The notes: a model not told the origin generated them from the sequence alone. Counted from the first letter of the stretch, positions 9,438-19,354 are shown. The stretch is 64,000 nt of DNA from an uncultured Halobacteriales archaeon (GCA_964579125.1 CAZOFG010000006.1:15857-79856); one strand, 5' to 3'. Program-made: numbers and translations.

Positions 9438-9608
9438 ATGCTCGACCGGGCATCCACGCTCGTCGCACTCGCCCTTTACCACCTCACGATAGCCGTCGGT
9501 ATCGTGGTATTCCCCCTCGCAATGGTCGCGAGTCGGCTAGGAATCACCCTCCCGTATCATCGGATCGTAGACTCGGCTGGCAATCGTGTTGACACCACGA
9601 ATCAGTAG
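9438..9608 (+). CDS. 56-aa small hydrophobic protein upstream of psmB, absent from the ORF track
   Basis: Hand translation MLDRASTLVALALYHLTIAVGIVVFPLAMVASRLGITLPYHRIVDSAGNRVDTTNQ; has its own TATA box and resembles a small protein I recall at this position in haloarchaea. Confidence 0.72.
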   Translation: MLDRASTLVALALYHLTIAVGIVVFPLAMVASRLGITLPYHRIVDSAGNRVDTTNQ

Positions 9609-9681
9609 TGCCATCCGCCCCTGTATTTTCCGGATACGGAGCCCCCGAAAAACACCCTTTTATGCTGCACCTCCCTGACTG

Positions 9682-10410
9682 ATGGGTATGGAGCATACGG
9701 CCACTACCGGCGGCCAGCTGCAACGTCCTGAACTCGGACTCCGGGATCCCTCCAAACCAGCAGTCGGAGAACTCCCGAGCTACAATGGACCAACTGAGGA
9801 TGAATACTCGAGCGAGACTGGCACCACCACGATCGGTCTCAGTACTGAGGAGGGCGTGGTTCTCGCGACCGACATGCGGGCGAGTCTTGCCGGCCGATTC
9901 GTGACGAACAAGAACGTTCAGAAAGTCGAGCAAGTTCACCCTCGTGCGGCCCTCACGATGGTCGGATCCGTAGGTGGGGCACAGGCGTTCATCAGAAGCC
10001 TTCGCATTGAGGCGAACCTCTTTGAAACCCGTCGAGGCAAGGAGATGAGCATGCAAGCGTTGTCCACCATTGCCGGGAATTTTGCCCGAGCTGGACCATA
10101 CTTTGCGATCAACCCGATTCTAGGCGGCGTTGACGAGGAAGGAACGCATGTGTATTCGATCGCTCCAGATGGGGGGGTCCTCGGTGAGGATTACATCGTC
10201 ACTGGCAGTGGGATGCAACTGGCCTACGGGCACCTCGAGCAGGAGTATGACGCCTCGCTTTCCCTGGATGAGGCTGTATCAGTCGCTGCGGGCGGCATCG
10301 TGAGTGCCACGGAACGTGACTCTGGAAGCGGCAATGGTATCTACATCGCCAAAGTGACCGAGGAGGGTGTGTCTATCGAGGGTCACAAGGACGTCGAGGA
10401 GTTAGTGTAG
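9682..10410 (+). CDS. psmB: Proteasome subunit beta (about 47-aa propeptide, N-terminal Thr nucleophile)
   Basis: TG|TTTIGL, LATDMRAS, VTGSG and ERDSGSGNG motifs. Confidence 0.96.
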   Translation: MGMEHTATTGGQLQRPELGLRDPSKPAVGELPSYNGPTEDEYSSETGTTTIGLSTEEGVVLATDMRASLAGRFVTNKNVQKVEQVHPRAALTMVGSVGGAQAFIRSLRIEANLFETRRGKEMSMQALSTIAGNFARAGPYFAINPILGGVDEEGTHVYSIAPDGGVLGEDYIVTGSGMQLAYGHLEQEYDASLSLDEAVSVAAGGIVSATERDSGSGNGIYIAKVTEEGVSIEGHKDVEELV

Positions 10411-10427
10411 TTGGCCTGGCGTGATCG

Positions 10428-11708
10428 GTGATGCTCACCGTCAAGGATAGCGTTCACAGCCACATTGATCTTGACGGCGTCGGCGAAGCGCTACTCGATA
10501 CTGCTCCGGTTCAACGACTTCGCTATATCCGACAGTTGGGAACCGTTCATTTGGTCTACCCATCCGCAAACCACACTCGCTTCGAGCACAGTCTCGGGGT
10601 GTACCATTTGGCGCGGCGAGCGGTGGACCATCTCGATGTGGCCGGCCGCACCGCTCGACGTATCGAAGCGGCGGCCGTAATTCACGATATCGGCCATGCC
10701 CCATTTTCCCACAATCTCGAGGGTATCGTGACCGCGGCGACTGGGGCCGAACACGACGCCATCGAACATCTCATCGATGCGGCCCCGATCGCCCACGTTC
10801 TAGCGGAGTACGATCTCGAGCCTGGGGCGGTGGCGCGCTTGATCCGAGGTGAAGGGCCGTTGGGTGCGTTGATCGCCGGCGATCTCGATGTCGATCGGAT
10901 GGATTATTTGATTCGGGATGCCCACCACACCGGCGTCCCGTACGGCACGGTCGATCCGGGCCGGTTGCTCCGGGCCCTGACCGTGATCGATGGCACCCTT
11001 GTCCTTGGCGAAGCGAGCCTGCAGTCCGCGGAAAATTTGCTGATTGCACGCGCACTGATGAACCCAACTGTCTATAACCATCATGTAGCCCGCATTAGCA
11101 AAGCCATGCTCCGTCGGGGGGTCCGATTGTTACAAGGGGAGGACGCTTTGGAGAGTGCACTTTCGCCCACGATCGATCCCTGGGTCGAGACAGATGTCGA
11201 TGTTCACCCGCTTCGCCGAGCGACGGATCACGACGTGCTCCGAGCGTTGCATACCACTGCGAGGTCACAATCTCTCGCACAACGCTTGCTCGAACGACGC
11301 CTGTATAAACGGGCCGTCTGGGCGGACCGTGAGAGTGTCCCTGACGCACTTTCGGATATTGAGGCTGCTGATCTCCATGGACATGAGCGGGCAATTGCGG
11401 AGCGAGCTGGCGTGGCGGCCGAGCAGGTAATCCTCGATATGCCGCCCGATCGCCCAATGCGTGAGGCCACCTCGCCGCTTTTGATCAACGGTGAAGTTAG
11501 CCAGCTCGATCGGCATTCACCGCTGGTTCGCTCGTTACAGGAGAATCACCGCGCAAATTGGCGCCTTGGCGTGTATACGCCGCCAGAGCACGTGGACGAG
11601 GTCGGTGAGGCGGCCGTCGCGGAACTTGGTCTCGACGTGTCTGGCGCGTTGGTCCAAGACCGTCGAACCGCCTTCAATCACGACCTCACGGAATTCATCG
11701 AATCATGA
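10428..11708 (+). CDS. HD-domain phosphohydrolase (SAMHD1/dNTP triphosphohydrolase-like)
   Basis: QRLRYIRQLG, YPSANHTRFEHSLGV, IHDIGHAPFSH and DVDRMDYL motifs. Confidence 0.9.
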   Translation: MMLTVKDSVHSHIDLDGVGEALLDTAPVQRLRYIRQLGTVHLVYPSANHTRFEHSLGVYHLARRAVDHLDVAGRTARRIEAAAVIHDIGHAPFSHNLEGIVTAATGAEHDAIEHLIDAAPIAHVLAEYDLEPGAVARLIRGEGPLGALIAGDLDVDRMDYLIRDAHHTGVPYGTVDPGRLLRALTVIDGTLVLGEASLQSAENLLIARALMNPTVYNHHVARISKAMLRRGVRLLQGEDALESALSPTIDPWVETDVDVHPLRRATDHDVLRALHTTARSQSLAQRLLERRLYKRAVWADRESVPDALSDIEAADLHGHERAIAERAGVAAEQVILDMPPDRPMREATSPLLINGEVSQLDRHSPLVRSLQENHRANWRLGVYTPPEHVDEVGEAAVAELGLDVSGALVQDRRTAFNHDLTEFIES

Positions 11709-12742
11709 CCAGACGAACCTACGAAGGGCGCGTGTTTCGTGGCCGGGATCTCGAGGTGATCGAGGGCCGTGTCGTGACGGAGGACGGCACTATCGTCGCC
11801 ATCGAAGCAGCTGAAGATCCGCCTGATCAACTCATCGTGCCGGCCTTTATCAACGCCCATACACACCTCGGCGATTCGATCGCCAAAGAACCACCACAAG
11901 ATTTGACCCTCGAGGAACTCGTCGCACCTCCGGACGGGCTCAAGCATCGGTTGTTACGCTCGGCTGAACCTGAGGCGTTGATCGCGGGAATACGCCGCTC
12001 CCTAGAACTCATGGAAGCGACCGGAACGGGGGCGTGTTACGACTTCCGTGAGGGGGGTCCAGAAGGTGTCAAGCAACTGCGAGAAGCGGCTGCCGGTATG
12101 TCTATTAATGCCCTCGCTTTCGGCCGTGGCGATCCATCGGTATTGGATGTCGCCGACGGATACGGAGCCAGCGGGGCGGCCGACGGCTCGTTCGATGCCC
12201 CACGACAAGAAGCTCGGACCCGCGACAAGCCCTTCGGCATCCACGCAGGTGAGGTTGATAGTGCTGATATCAATCCGGCAATGGATCTCGAGCCGGAGTT
12301 TCTCGTCCACATGGTCCACGCGGAACCGTTGCATTTCGAACGGCTCACGGAGTCCGAGACGCCCGTGGTGTGTTGTCCGCGTTCGAATGTCGTTACAGAC
12401 GTCGGATTTCCGCCCATTGCAAAGCTGCAGGCACACACGACCGTTGCACTTGGCACGGATAACGTGATGTTGAACGCTCCTTCGATGCTGGAGGAGATGG
12501 CGTTCACGGCCAGACTCACGGACCTCCCCGATCGATCCATTCTCAAGATGGCCACGGTCAACGGGGCCGAGCTCCTCGATCGCGAGGACGGGGTGATCGC
12601 TGAGGGCCGTCCCGCTAGATTCGTCGTCTTCGATGGGGAGTCACCAAATCTCGTCAACTATCGGGATCCTCATCGGGCGATTGTCCGTCGGGCCATCCGC
12701 TCCGATACCGCGGATATCGTCCTTGACGCTCCTGCTGAGTGA
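11705..12742 (+). CDS. Amidohydrolase-superfamily metal-dependent deaminase
   Basis: INAHTHLGD, GIHAGE, VHMVH, CPRSN and LGTDN metal ligands; ATGA overlap with the HD gene. Confidence 0.88.
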   Translation: MTRRTYEGRVFRGRDLEVIEGRVVTEDGTIVAIEAAEDPPDQLIVPAFINAHTHLGDSIAKEPPQDLTLEELVAPPDGLKHRLLRSAEPEALIAGIRRSLELMEATGTGACYDFREGGPEGVKQLREAAAGMSINALAFGRGDPSVLDVADGYGASGAADGSFDAPRQEARTRDKPFGIHAGEVDSADINPAMDLEPEFLVHMVHAEPLHFERLTESETPVVCCPRSNVVTDVGFPPIAKLQAHTTVALGTDNVMLNAPSMLEEMAFTARLTDLPDRSILKMATVNGAELLDREDGVIAEGRPARFVVFDGESPNLVNYRDPHRAIVRRAIRSDTADIVLDAPAE

Positions 12743-12761
12743 GTTCGGATCGAGTCAGTTC

Positions 12762-13745
12762 TCACTCGATGACGCGACAGCGCCGGCACCGCTCCGGGCG
12801 AATCGTATGCCGCGTTGAAGTATCCTCCAGAACGAGGACTCCAGACCGATCGATCGCGACCGCGTGCCCCTGGTAGGTGTCCGTGTCAGTCTCGACGCGT
12901 ACCCGACGATTGACCGTCCATCCGTACTCGTTCCACGCGCGTTGAACTGTCTCCGGGCGGGTTCTTCGTGATTCAAAGCGATGGATTACCGCACCCAGTA
13001 CGTCGGCGCGTGGGATCGGCCCTCGATGGGCGAGCACGCTACTGGCGCGCTCCGGGAGCTGTGCTGGATCGACATTCGCGTTAATGCCAAATCCGATGAC
13101 GAGCTGACGTAATCGATCGTCGACCGTTCGTCCGGAAGCGAGGATACCCGCGAGTTTGTCGCCATCGTTGGTCACCACATCATTCGGCCATTTCAACCGT
13201 GTTGGCACACCGAGTGAACGAATCACCTCAGCGACGGCGACGGCCATCGCTTGTTGAGCGTTGATCGCTGATGCTGCTTTCTGATCGATTCGCTCGCCGA
13301 TCGACGCCCAGATACCACCGCGAGGCGAGGTCCATTGGTTGTCGCCCCGACCGCGACCAGCCGTCTGGATCCGTGCCGCGGTGAGAATATCGTCATGGTC
13401 ACTGCTCCTGAGTTGCTCCTCGACTCGATCGTTTGTGCTTGGGAGAGCGTCGTGAATGGTGACGTGATATCGATCTGGGACCCGAGCTGCAACGGTGTCG
13501 CTATCGTACCGACGGTCGGGTCGAACCTGCCAGTGACCGGCGGTCTCCATCAGGTACCCATCAGCGGCAAGCCCCTCAATGACGGTCCGAACCTGGGTAC
13601 GGTCGATGCCAAGCCTACGAGCGAGCTCTTGGAGCGTACATGGTCGACGATGGAGCAGCCGAAGCACTTGGCCAGGCGTGACATCCAGTCCGCGGGTTTG
13701 GGTGATATGTCTCCCCTTGCATGGCCAGCCTAAAGGTTTAATCAC
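12762..13745 (-). CDS. birA: Bifunctional HTH + biotin--protein ligase (start uncertain; GTG at 13667 is also plausible)
   Basis: STND, QTAGRGR, LKWPND, KLAGIL and GFGIN motifs; N-terminal wHTH (TLQELARRLGIDR). Confidence 0.88.
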   Translation of the reverse strand: MIKPLGWPCKGRHITQTRGLDVTPGQVLRLLHRRPCTLQELARRLGIDRTQVRTVIEGLAADGYLMETAGHWQVRPDRRYDSDTVAARVPDRYHVTIHDALPSTNDRVEEQLRSSDHDDILTAARIQTAGRGRGDNQWTSPRGGIWASIGERIDQKAASAINAQQAMAVAVAEVIRSLGVPTRLKWPNDVVTNDGDKLAGILASGRTVDDRLRQLVIGFGINANVDPAQLPERASSVLAHRGPIPRADVLGAVIHRFESRRTRPETVQRAWNEYGWTVNRRVRVETDTDTYQGHAVAIDRSGVLVLEDTSTRHTIRPERCRRCRVIE

Positions 13746-13771
13746 CCGCCATCGCTACGCTGCGTATATCC

Positions 13772-14794
13772 ATGGATCGTCTCTCGTTGGTCACGCGCCA
13801 TACTGAAGAGGTCGTGACGGAATCGGAACTCGCTGATGTCCTCGAGTCTCCGGACCCTTCTCTCTATATTGGCTATGCGCCAACCGGTCAGTTGCACATT
13901 GGCCACTTCACCACGATTCGCAAACTCGTCGATTTCATGGACGCGGGACTGTCCGTCACCGTCCTTGTCGCGGACCTCCACGCCCACCTCGATGACGAGA
14001 AGTCCCCCTTCGACCTGCTCGATGCCCGTTCACGGTATTATCGGGACGCCATCGAACAGATGGTCGCCGCGGCTGGGGGGAACCCTGAGCAAATCACCTT
14101 CGTCCGTGGTACAGATTATGAACTTGATCCTGAGTATACGCTCTCGATCTATCGAATGGCAGCCGAAACGACGATTCGCCGTGCCCAACGGGCCGCGAGC
14201 GAAGTCGTTCGGGAGGGATCGAATCCGAAACTTGGCGGCCTCCTGTACCCACTGATGCAGGCGAAAGACGTGGACGAACTCGGTGTTGACATCGCGTACG
14301 GAGGGATCGACCAGCGTGGTATCTACATGCTCGCCCGTGAGATTCTTCCCGAACATGGCGCGAATAAACCAGTCTGTGTCTTTGCCCCGTTGCTGGCTGG
14401 ACTCCAGGGGGGAAAAATGAGCGCCTCGGTCGAAGGCTCGAAGGTCGCCGTGACCGATGACACCGAGGCAATCGAGGAGAAATTATCGGCGGCATACTGC
14501 CCGGCGGAAGAACTCGAGGATAACGGCGTGCTTGAATATCTCGAACAACTGGTCTTTCCGATCCTCGACGAAGAGGATCGGTCCTTCGTGGTCGATCGAC
14601 CGGACGAGTACGGCGGCTCCCTCGAATACGATACTTATGAACAACTAGAACGCGATTTCGTCGCCGGTGAGCTTCATCCAGCCGATTTGAAGCCGGCCGT
14701 TGCGACCGAACTCGATCGGATTATTGCCCCCATTCGATCGCACTTCGAGTCCCACCCCGAGATCATTGCCGAAGCGTATCCCGACCACTCGTAG
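13772..14794 (+). CDS. tyrS: Tyrosine--tRNA ligase
   Basis: YIGYAPTGQLHIGH, ADLHAHLD, YPLMQAKD, GGIDQR and KMSAS. Confidence 0.96.
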   Translation: MDRLSLVTRHTEEVVTESELADVLESPDPSLYIGYAPTGQLHIGHFTTIRKLVDFMDAGLSVTVLVADLHAHLDDEKSPFDLLDARSRYYRDAIEQMVAAAGGNPEQITFVRGTDYELDPEYTLSIYRMAAETTIRRAQRAASEVVREGSNPKLGGLLYPLMQAKDVDELGVDIAYGGIDQRGIYMLAREILPEHGANKPVCVFAPLLAGLQGGKMSASVEGSKVAVTDDTEAIEEKLSAAYCPAEELEDNGVLEYLEQLVFPILDEEDRSFVVDRPDEYGGSLEYDTYEQLERDFVAGELHPADLKPAVATELDRIIAPIRSHFESHPEIIAEAYPDHS

Positions 14795-14889
14795 CCACCC
14801 CTTCATGTGAGGCCGTCCCATCGCATTTAAGAGTAGGTGCCTGTTTTGTATAGGCGAGATCACACAAATGACTCCGGAGGGTTTCCGCT

Positions 14890-15468
14890 ATGAGTAATGG
14901 CGGAGACACCGTGTTGGTGGTCGATGACGAGACGCGTCTGGCCGACCTCTTCAGTACGTGGCTTGAGTCCGAATGGACCGTAAAAACGGCGTACGACGGC
15001 GAGTCGGCCCTCGAGCAGTTAGATGACGATGTCGCGGTCGTCCTGCTTGATCGACGCATGCCAGGTCTCTCCGGCGACGAAGTGCTCGATCGTATTCGCG
15101 AGAGTGAATACGACACCAGAGTCGTCATGGTGACCGCGGTCGATCCCGATTTCGATATCATCGAAATGGGCTTCGATGACTACCTCGTCAAACCGGTTTC
15201 AAAAGACGAATTACACGATGTCATCGATCGAGTCATCGCTCGAGCCCAGTATAACGCCGATATTCGAGAGTATTATTCGCTTAGCTCCAAAAAAGCCCTT
15301 CTCGAGACGGAAAAGTCAGAACGTGCACTCGCGGAAAACGACCAGTACCAACAGCTCTCACAGCGGGTCGAGGAGCTTCGGTCACAGGTCGACGCGTTGC
15401 GCGAACAGACGCTTTCGGATCACGAGGACTTCGTTGGCGCGTTCAAACAATTGGAGGAGGACACCTGA
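14890..15468 (+). CDS. Response regulator receiver + HalX domain protein
   Basis: VLVVDDE, LLDRRMPG, TAVDPDFD and DDYLVKP, then a helical C-terminal HalX-type region; no kinase adjacent. Confidence 0.88.
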   Translation: MSNGGDTVLVVDDETRLADLFSTWLESEWTVKTAYDGESALEQLDDDVAVVLLDRRMPGLSGDEVLDRIRESEYDTRVVMVTAVDPDFDIIEMGFDDYLVKPVSKDELHDVIDRVIARAQYNADIREYYSLSSKKALLETEKSERALAENDQYQQLSQRVEELRSQVDALREQTLSDHEDFVGAFKQLEEDT

Positions 15469-15486
15469 CCGTCCGTCGCGGAGGTA

Positions 15487-16212
15487 TCATCGGGTTTCGA
15501 ATTCGTCCTCATCACTCACGACCCGCGTTTCCGCTTCGCCGCTTGTGACCTCGTTGACTAACTCGTAAAACTCGTTTTGCATCCCCGCCGGAAATCGAAC
15601 GACGCCGATCCAAGAGCCATCTGGTTGCCACTCCTCTTCGAGCAGTTCCCCGAACTCGCGAATTTGTGCCTGTGCGCTTCCGGCGTGTTCAGGCGGCACC
15701 TGGGTGGCAACCGTAATTTCATCGAAGCGGATCGGGATGATGGGTCGAAGCACATCCAGTGCCTCGTCCACTTGGGCCTCGACCGGTTCCATCGGGTCGA
15801 CCCGGAACCCGCCTTCCTCGAGGGCGTTTTCGATGCGTTCTGGGGGATGGGGCGCATCGTCCATTTGCGGATTGACCGCATTGCGACTGATGTGGGTGAT
15901 CAGTTGGCGCCGCTTGCGCTCTTGCATTTCTTTCCGTTGCTCGGCGGTAATTTGAATCTCGCCGCGTTTGATCACCTCGGGGATGATTTCGAGCGGATCA
16001 ACCGTGCCGAATACCGTCTCGAGATCCTCCTCGCTCGGACGGTCACCTCGACTGGCGTTTTCAAAGACGTCCTCCGCCGCGATCACGTCTTCGAGGTCGC
16101 CATCGAACTCGTCTCGTTTGATATCAAGAGCGGCATCCGGATCGACTAATACCTCGAATTGGGCCCCATGGGATTCCAATCGGGCGGTAACCGCCTCGTC
16201 GAGGGAGATCAT
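15487..16212 (-). CDS. Ribosome maturation factor SBDS/Sdo1
   Basis: ARLESHGAQFEVLVDP, GEIQITAEQR, PHPPERIE and LRPIIPIRF. Confidence 0.95.
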   Translation of the reverse strand: MISLDEAVTARLESHGAQFEVLVDPDAALDIKRDEFDGDLEDVIAAEDVFENASRGDRPSEEDLETVFGTVDPLEIIPEVIKRGEIQITAEQRKEMQERKRRQLITHISRNAVNPQMDDAPHPPERIENALEEGGFRVDPMEPVEAQVDEALDVLRPIIPIRFDEITVATQVPPEHAGSAQAQIREFGELLEEEWQPDGSWIGVVRFPAGMQNEFYELVNEVTSGEAETRVVSDEDEFETR

Positions 16213-16237
16213 ATACGCTCGAATGAGGACTGTCTAC

Positions 16238-16243
16238 AAAAAA
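16238..16243 (-). terminator. Oligo-T tract after psmA (could double as the SBDS promoter element)
   Basis: T6 on the minus strand 16-21 nt after the psmA stop and about 28 nt before the SBDS ATG. Confidence 0.35.
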
Positions 16244-16258
16244 CGGCCGGGGCCTGGC

Positions 16259-17011
16259 TTACGCTGAGGCGTCGTACTCGGGGTCGAGCAAGTCGTACTC
16301 TTCGAGGTATTCCTCGATTTCGTCGTCCGTGAGTCGGAGGAAGCGCTCCGAATCAGCGTCGACGGTTGCCAGTCCCACGTTCACGGGCGACAACTTGTCG
16401 TCGTTCACGGAGGCAAGCGATCGGAGGGCCAAGCCGATGCCGCCATCCAGGGCGAGTTCCGCGCTGTACTCCTCCTCAAGGAATTCCTGAATTTCTGACC
16501 GGTTGGCGCCGACCGCGAGGGCTTTCCACTCGTATGGCGTCCCCGATGGATCCGTTTCGTACAAACGAGGTTTCCCTTCGGCGATACCGCCAATGATCAA
16601 CGAGACACCGAATGGGCGCGCACCCCCGACCTGGGTATACTGCTGGATGTAGTCTGTAACGGTCTTTGTGAGTGTCTCGACACCGATTTGTTCGCCGTAG
16701 CGGAATCGATTCACTTGGGCCTCTTGCCGGGCGTAATCTACGAGTTGCCGGGCGTCAGCCACGTGACCCGCGCTGGCGATCCCGATATGATTGTCAGCTT
16801 TATGAATTTTCTCGACGCTTTCACGCTCCATAAGCGGCGACCTGATGCTTTTGTCGACCGCCAACACGACTCCGTCTTCGGCCCTGATGCCGATACTTGC
16901 GGTCCCGCGCTTGACGGCTTCTCGCGCGTACTCCACTTGGTACAGCCGACCGTCCGGCGAGAAGATGGTGATGCCCCGATCGTACGCTTGTTGTTGTCCT
17001 TGTCCCTGCAT
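16259..17011 (-). CDS. psmA: Proteasome subunit alpha
   Basis: AYDRGITIFSPDGRLYQVEYAREAV signature, RPFGVS and TDPSG. Confidence 0.97.
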   Translation of the reverse strand: MQGQGQQQAYDRGITIFSPDGRLYQVEYAREAVKRGTASIGIRAEDGVVLAVDKSIRSPLMERESVEKIHKADNHIGIASAGHVADARQLVDYARQEAQVNRFRYGEQIGVETLTKTVTDYIQQYTQVGGARPFGVSLIIGGIAEGKPRLYETDPSGTPYEWKALAVGANRSEIQEFLEEEYSAELALDGGIGLALRSLASVNDDKLSPVNVGLATVDADSERFLRLTDDEIEEYLEEYDLLDPEYDASA

Positions 17012-17013
17012 GG

Positions 17014-17493
17014 TTATGAGAGATCGTAGGTGGTTGCCCCGATGACGGTTGAATCGGCCGTCACATCGACGGCCTCACCTCGACGAGCCGCCTCTGAAGA
17101 CGCGCCGTCGTAGGTGACAAGTTCGTGATTGATTGGTTGCCGGTCAATTCCTAAATAGTTTTCTTCACAGGCACGAATCGTGCCGCTGACGCCTGTAACG
17201 GCGGTTCCGACCGGATCGTCCTCAACCTCAGTTACCGTGGCGAGGGCTGCGCGCCCCCGAGTTGCGCCCCCGCGACGCACACGGACGACTGCCTCGCCGA
17301 TCCCGTCCTTGAAGCGAAACCGAGTGACCGTCAGATCGGTCACCGCACTGCCGGTGTCGCCAAACAGCGATCGTCCGGCTGCCCAGAGCCGTTCTTGAAA
17401 CGCCGATCGGGAAACGTCTGCCTCGATCGGGGTTTCGAACACGACCGCGAGGTAGCGCCAGCGCGGCCGGACGTGCTTTGGCAGGACGGGCAT
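17014..17493 (-). CDS. rnp2: Ribonuclease P protein component 2 (Pop5/Rpp14)
   Basis: LPKHVRPRWRYL, LFGD and GVSGTIRA; ATG at 17493. Confidence 0.9.
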   Translation of the reverse strand: MPVLPKHVRPRWRYLAVVFETPIEADVSRSAFQERLWAAGRSLFGDTGSAVTDLTVTRFRFKDGIGEAVVRVRRGGATRGRAALATVTEVEDDPVGTAVTGVSGTIRACEENYLGIDRQPINHELVTYDGASSEAARRGEAVDVTADSTVIGATTYDLS

Positions 17494-17575
17494 TAGGTGG
17501 AGTTCGGGGCTGAGCCTTTTACCCTTCTCGAATGCGGAACCAGTTGACGGTCGCCACCTCACGTTTGTCGAATAC

Positions 17576-18187
17576 TCACTCGCCCACGCGCTCGGCGACC
17601 AGAACACCGACCTGGTCCGTAACGGCGTGCACCGCAGTCAGGGCGTATGGGCCGGTCGTCAAGTAATCTGCTAATCGCCCTGCTGTCGCCGGATCATCGA
17701 CATTTGGATCATAGACAGGCTCGTCAGGATTCGGCTGGCCGAAGAACATGAGGTCGCCGAGGACAAACTGACGCGGTTCGAACTGGTCGTACAACGTTGT
17801 GATGGCCTCTTGTTTTGCCTCGTCGTTCAGATGGTGCATCGCGAAATTGGAGGTAATGATGTCGACATCGTCGGTGACGTTCGGTTGTCGAAACCGCCCC
17901 TCGTCGACCCGGACGTTTCCGTAGCCAGCCTCCCGAATCTTCTCGGCAGCGATCGCGAGCATTTCTGAACTAATGTCGCGTCCGATGACTTCTCGCGCGT
18001 TTGGAGCAAGCGCGAGAGCAATGGCGCCAGTCCCGGTTCCGAGGTCAAGGACAGTGTCGCTCGGTCTCGGGGTTGCCGCGTCAATCACGCGGTCCCGGCA
18101 CGCCAGGTAATGCCGCGGTCGATCTTCATCGTACTCGCTCGCTTTCGCATCAAATCGATGAGCGTGTTCTTCAATCGAGCGTTTCAT
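17576..18187 (-). CDS. Class I SAM-dependent methyltransferase
   Basis: VLDLGTGTG, GRDISSEM and SNFAMHHL motifs. Confidence 0.9.
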   Translation of the reverse strand: MKRSIEEHAHRFDAKASEYDEDRPRHYLACRDRVIDAATPRPSDTVLDLGTGTGAIALALAPNAREVIGRDISSEMLAIAAEKIREAGYGNVRVDEGRFRQPNVTDDVDIITSNFAMHHLNDEAKQEAITTLYDQFEPRQFVLGDLMFFGQPNPDEPVYDPNVDDPATAGRLADYLTTGPYALTAVHAVTDQVGVLVAERVGE

Positions 18188-18219
18188 TGACGAAGTACTA
18201 GGGATCCAGGACCGAAGTA

Positions 18220-18891
18220 TCACTCGTCTCCGTCATGTCTTGGCGTCGTCGCTCGTCGATTCCATTCCGTCAATCCCTCTTGGATACACTCGTCTGAGAG
18301 CCCGATGACCGTACTGAGGGCGGTCAAATCCCTTGGGGTTCGGAGTTCGAGGTGACGTTCCGGCCGAACTGAGGCGACATAGGGGACATCGTACTTCTGG
18401 ATGAGTGTCCAAAGCCGTTCGAGCAATCGAATGTGGCGCACGCGTGAGCCCCCCGGGGAAAGGAGTGGTCGAAAATTGAGTTCGATGGCGACATCGGCAT
18501 CCACCGCATTCCGAATGATTTCCATTGACAGCACCGAACGATCGTGTGCCAGGGGGGTGGCCAACACATCTACGTGGCGCTGTCCTGCGATAAACGCGTT
18601 TAACTCGGAGCGGCCGCCCTTGACAATGACGACCTGCGAGGTGGCCCCGAGGTCGGGCAACCGACCGCTAACATCGTCGGGTTTCGACGGGTTGAGTTCG
18701 ATCCCTCGATGAATCGCGATACCTAACTCGTCCGTGAGATCACCGAAGTCAGGCCGAGGGTGTCGATCATCGTGATCCCGCACCACAATGCCGTCATATC
18801 CAAGCGTCGATGCACGTAGAGCATATCGGGCGACCGTACTGTGCCCTTGCGGCGTGGCGATGACCGCCTCACACCGCTCACTGGGTTCCAT
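18220..18891 (-). CDS. rnp3: Ribonuclease P protein component 3 (Rpp30)
   Basis: LGYDGIVVR, VKGGRSELN, VDVL and VAIELNF; conserved position upstream of pop5-psmA. Confidence 0.85.
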   Translation of the reverse strand: MEPSERCEAVIATPQGHSTVARYALRASTLGYDGIVVRDHDDRHPRPDFGDLTDELGIAIHRGIELNPSKPDDVSGRLPDLGATSQVVIVKGGRSELNAFIAGQRHVDVLATPLAHDRSVLSMEIIRNAVDADVAIELNFRPLLSPGGSRVRHIRLLERLWTLIQKYDVPYVASVRPERHLELRTPRDLTALSTVIGLSDECIQEGLTEWNRRATTPRHDGDE

Positions 18892-19342
18892 GGGCCTGGT
18901 CTAATCTAGCCGTAAGATACTCCTCGAAGTTATCTATGGCCGCGTGTTTCTCTGCCGGGTATGCCTCGAGTTTGATTCGCACCTCGATCCCGTCTCCCAA
19001 GACGAGTTGGCGGTCGGAATACGCTCGCTGTTTGTCGAACCGGAGATACAAATCGCAGTCGTCCGTCACCCGGTTCGGAAGCTCCGCTCGGATCGTGGAC
19101 GGATCACCTCGATCGAGGATTCGGTCAATGACGGCTTCGCAGTGTGTCGATCGTGAAAGTGAGAGCTCAAACACCTCGATGGGATCCCCATAATGGCCTG
19201 AAGTTTCTCGTCGGGTGAAGGCCGGCCCGTCGTCATCTTCGACGGGGTAGATGACTTCTAACGCCGATTGCACGCGGTCACAGATTTCCGTCGCGTAGCA
19301 AAAGGCACGGACGTCGACGTGATGGACGGGCACCGACGCCAT
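18878..19342 (-). CDS. RNA-binding protein (UPF0201/DUF54-type family)
   Basis: VRAFCYATE, GHYGDPIEV, LYLRFDKQ and IKLEAYPA. Confidence 0.82.
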   Translation of the reverse strand: MASVPVHHVDVRAFCYATEICDRVQSALEVIYPVEDDDGPAFTRRETSGHYGDPIEVFELSLSRSTHCEAVIDRILDRGDPSTIRAELPNRVTDDCDLYLRFDKQRAYSDRQLVLGDGIEVRIKLEAYPAEKHAAIDNFEEYLTARLDQAHGTQ

Positions 19343-19354
19343 TGGCTCGAACCG

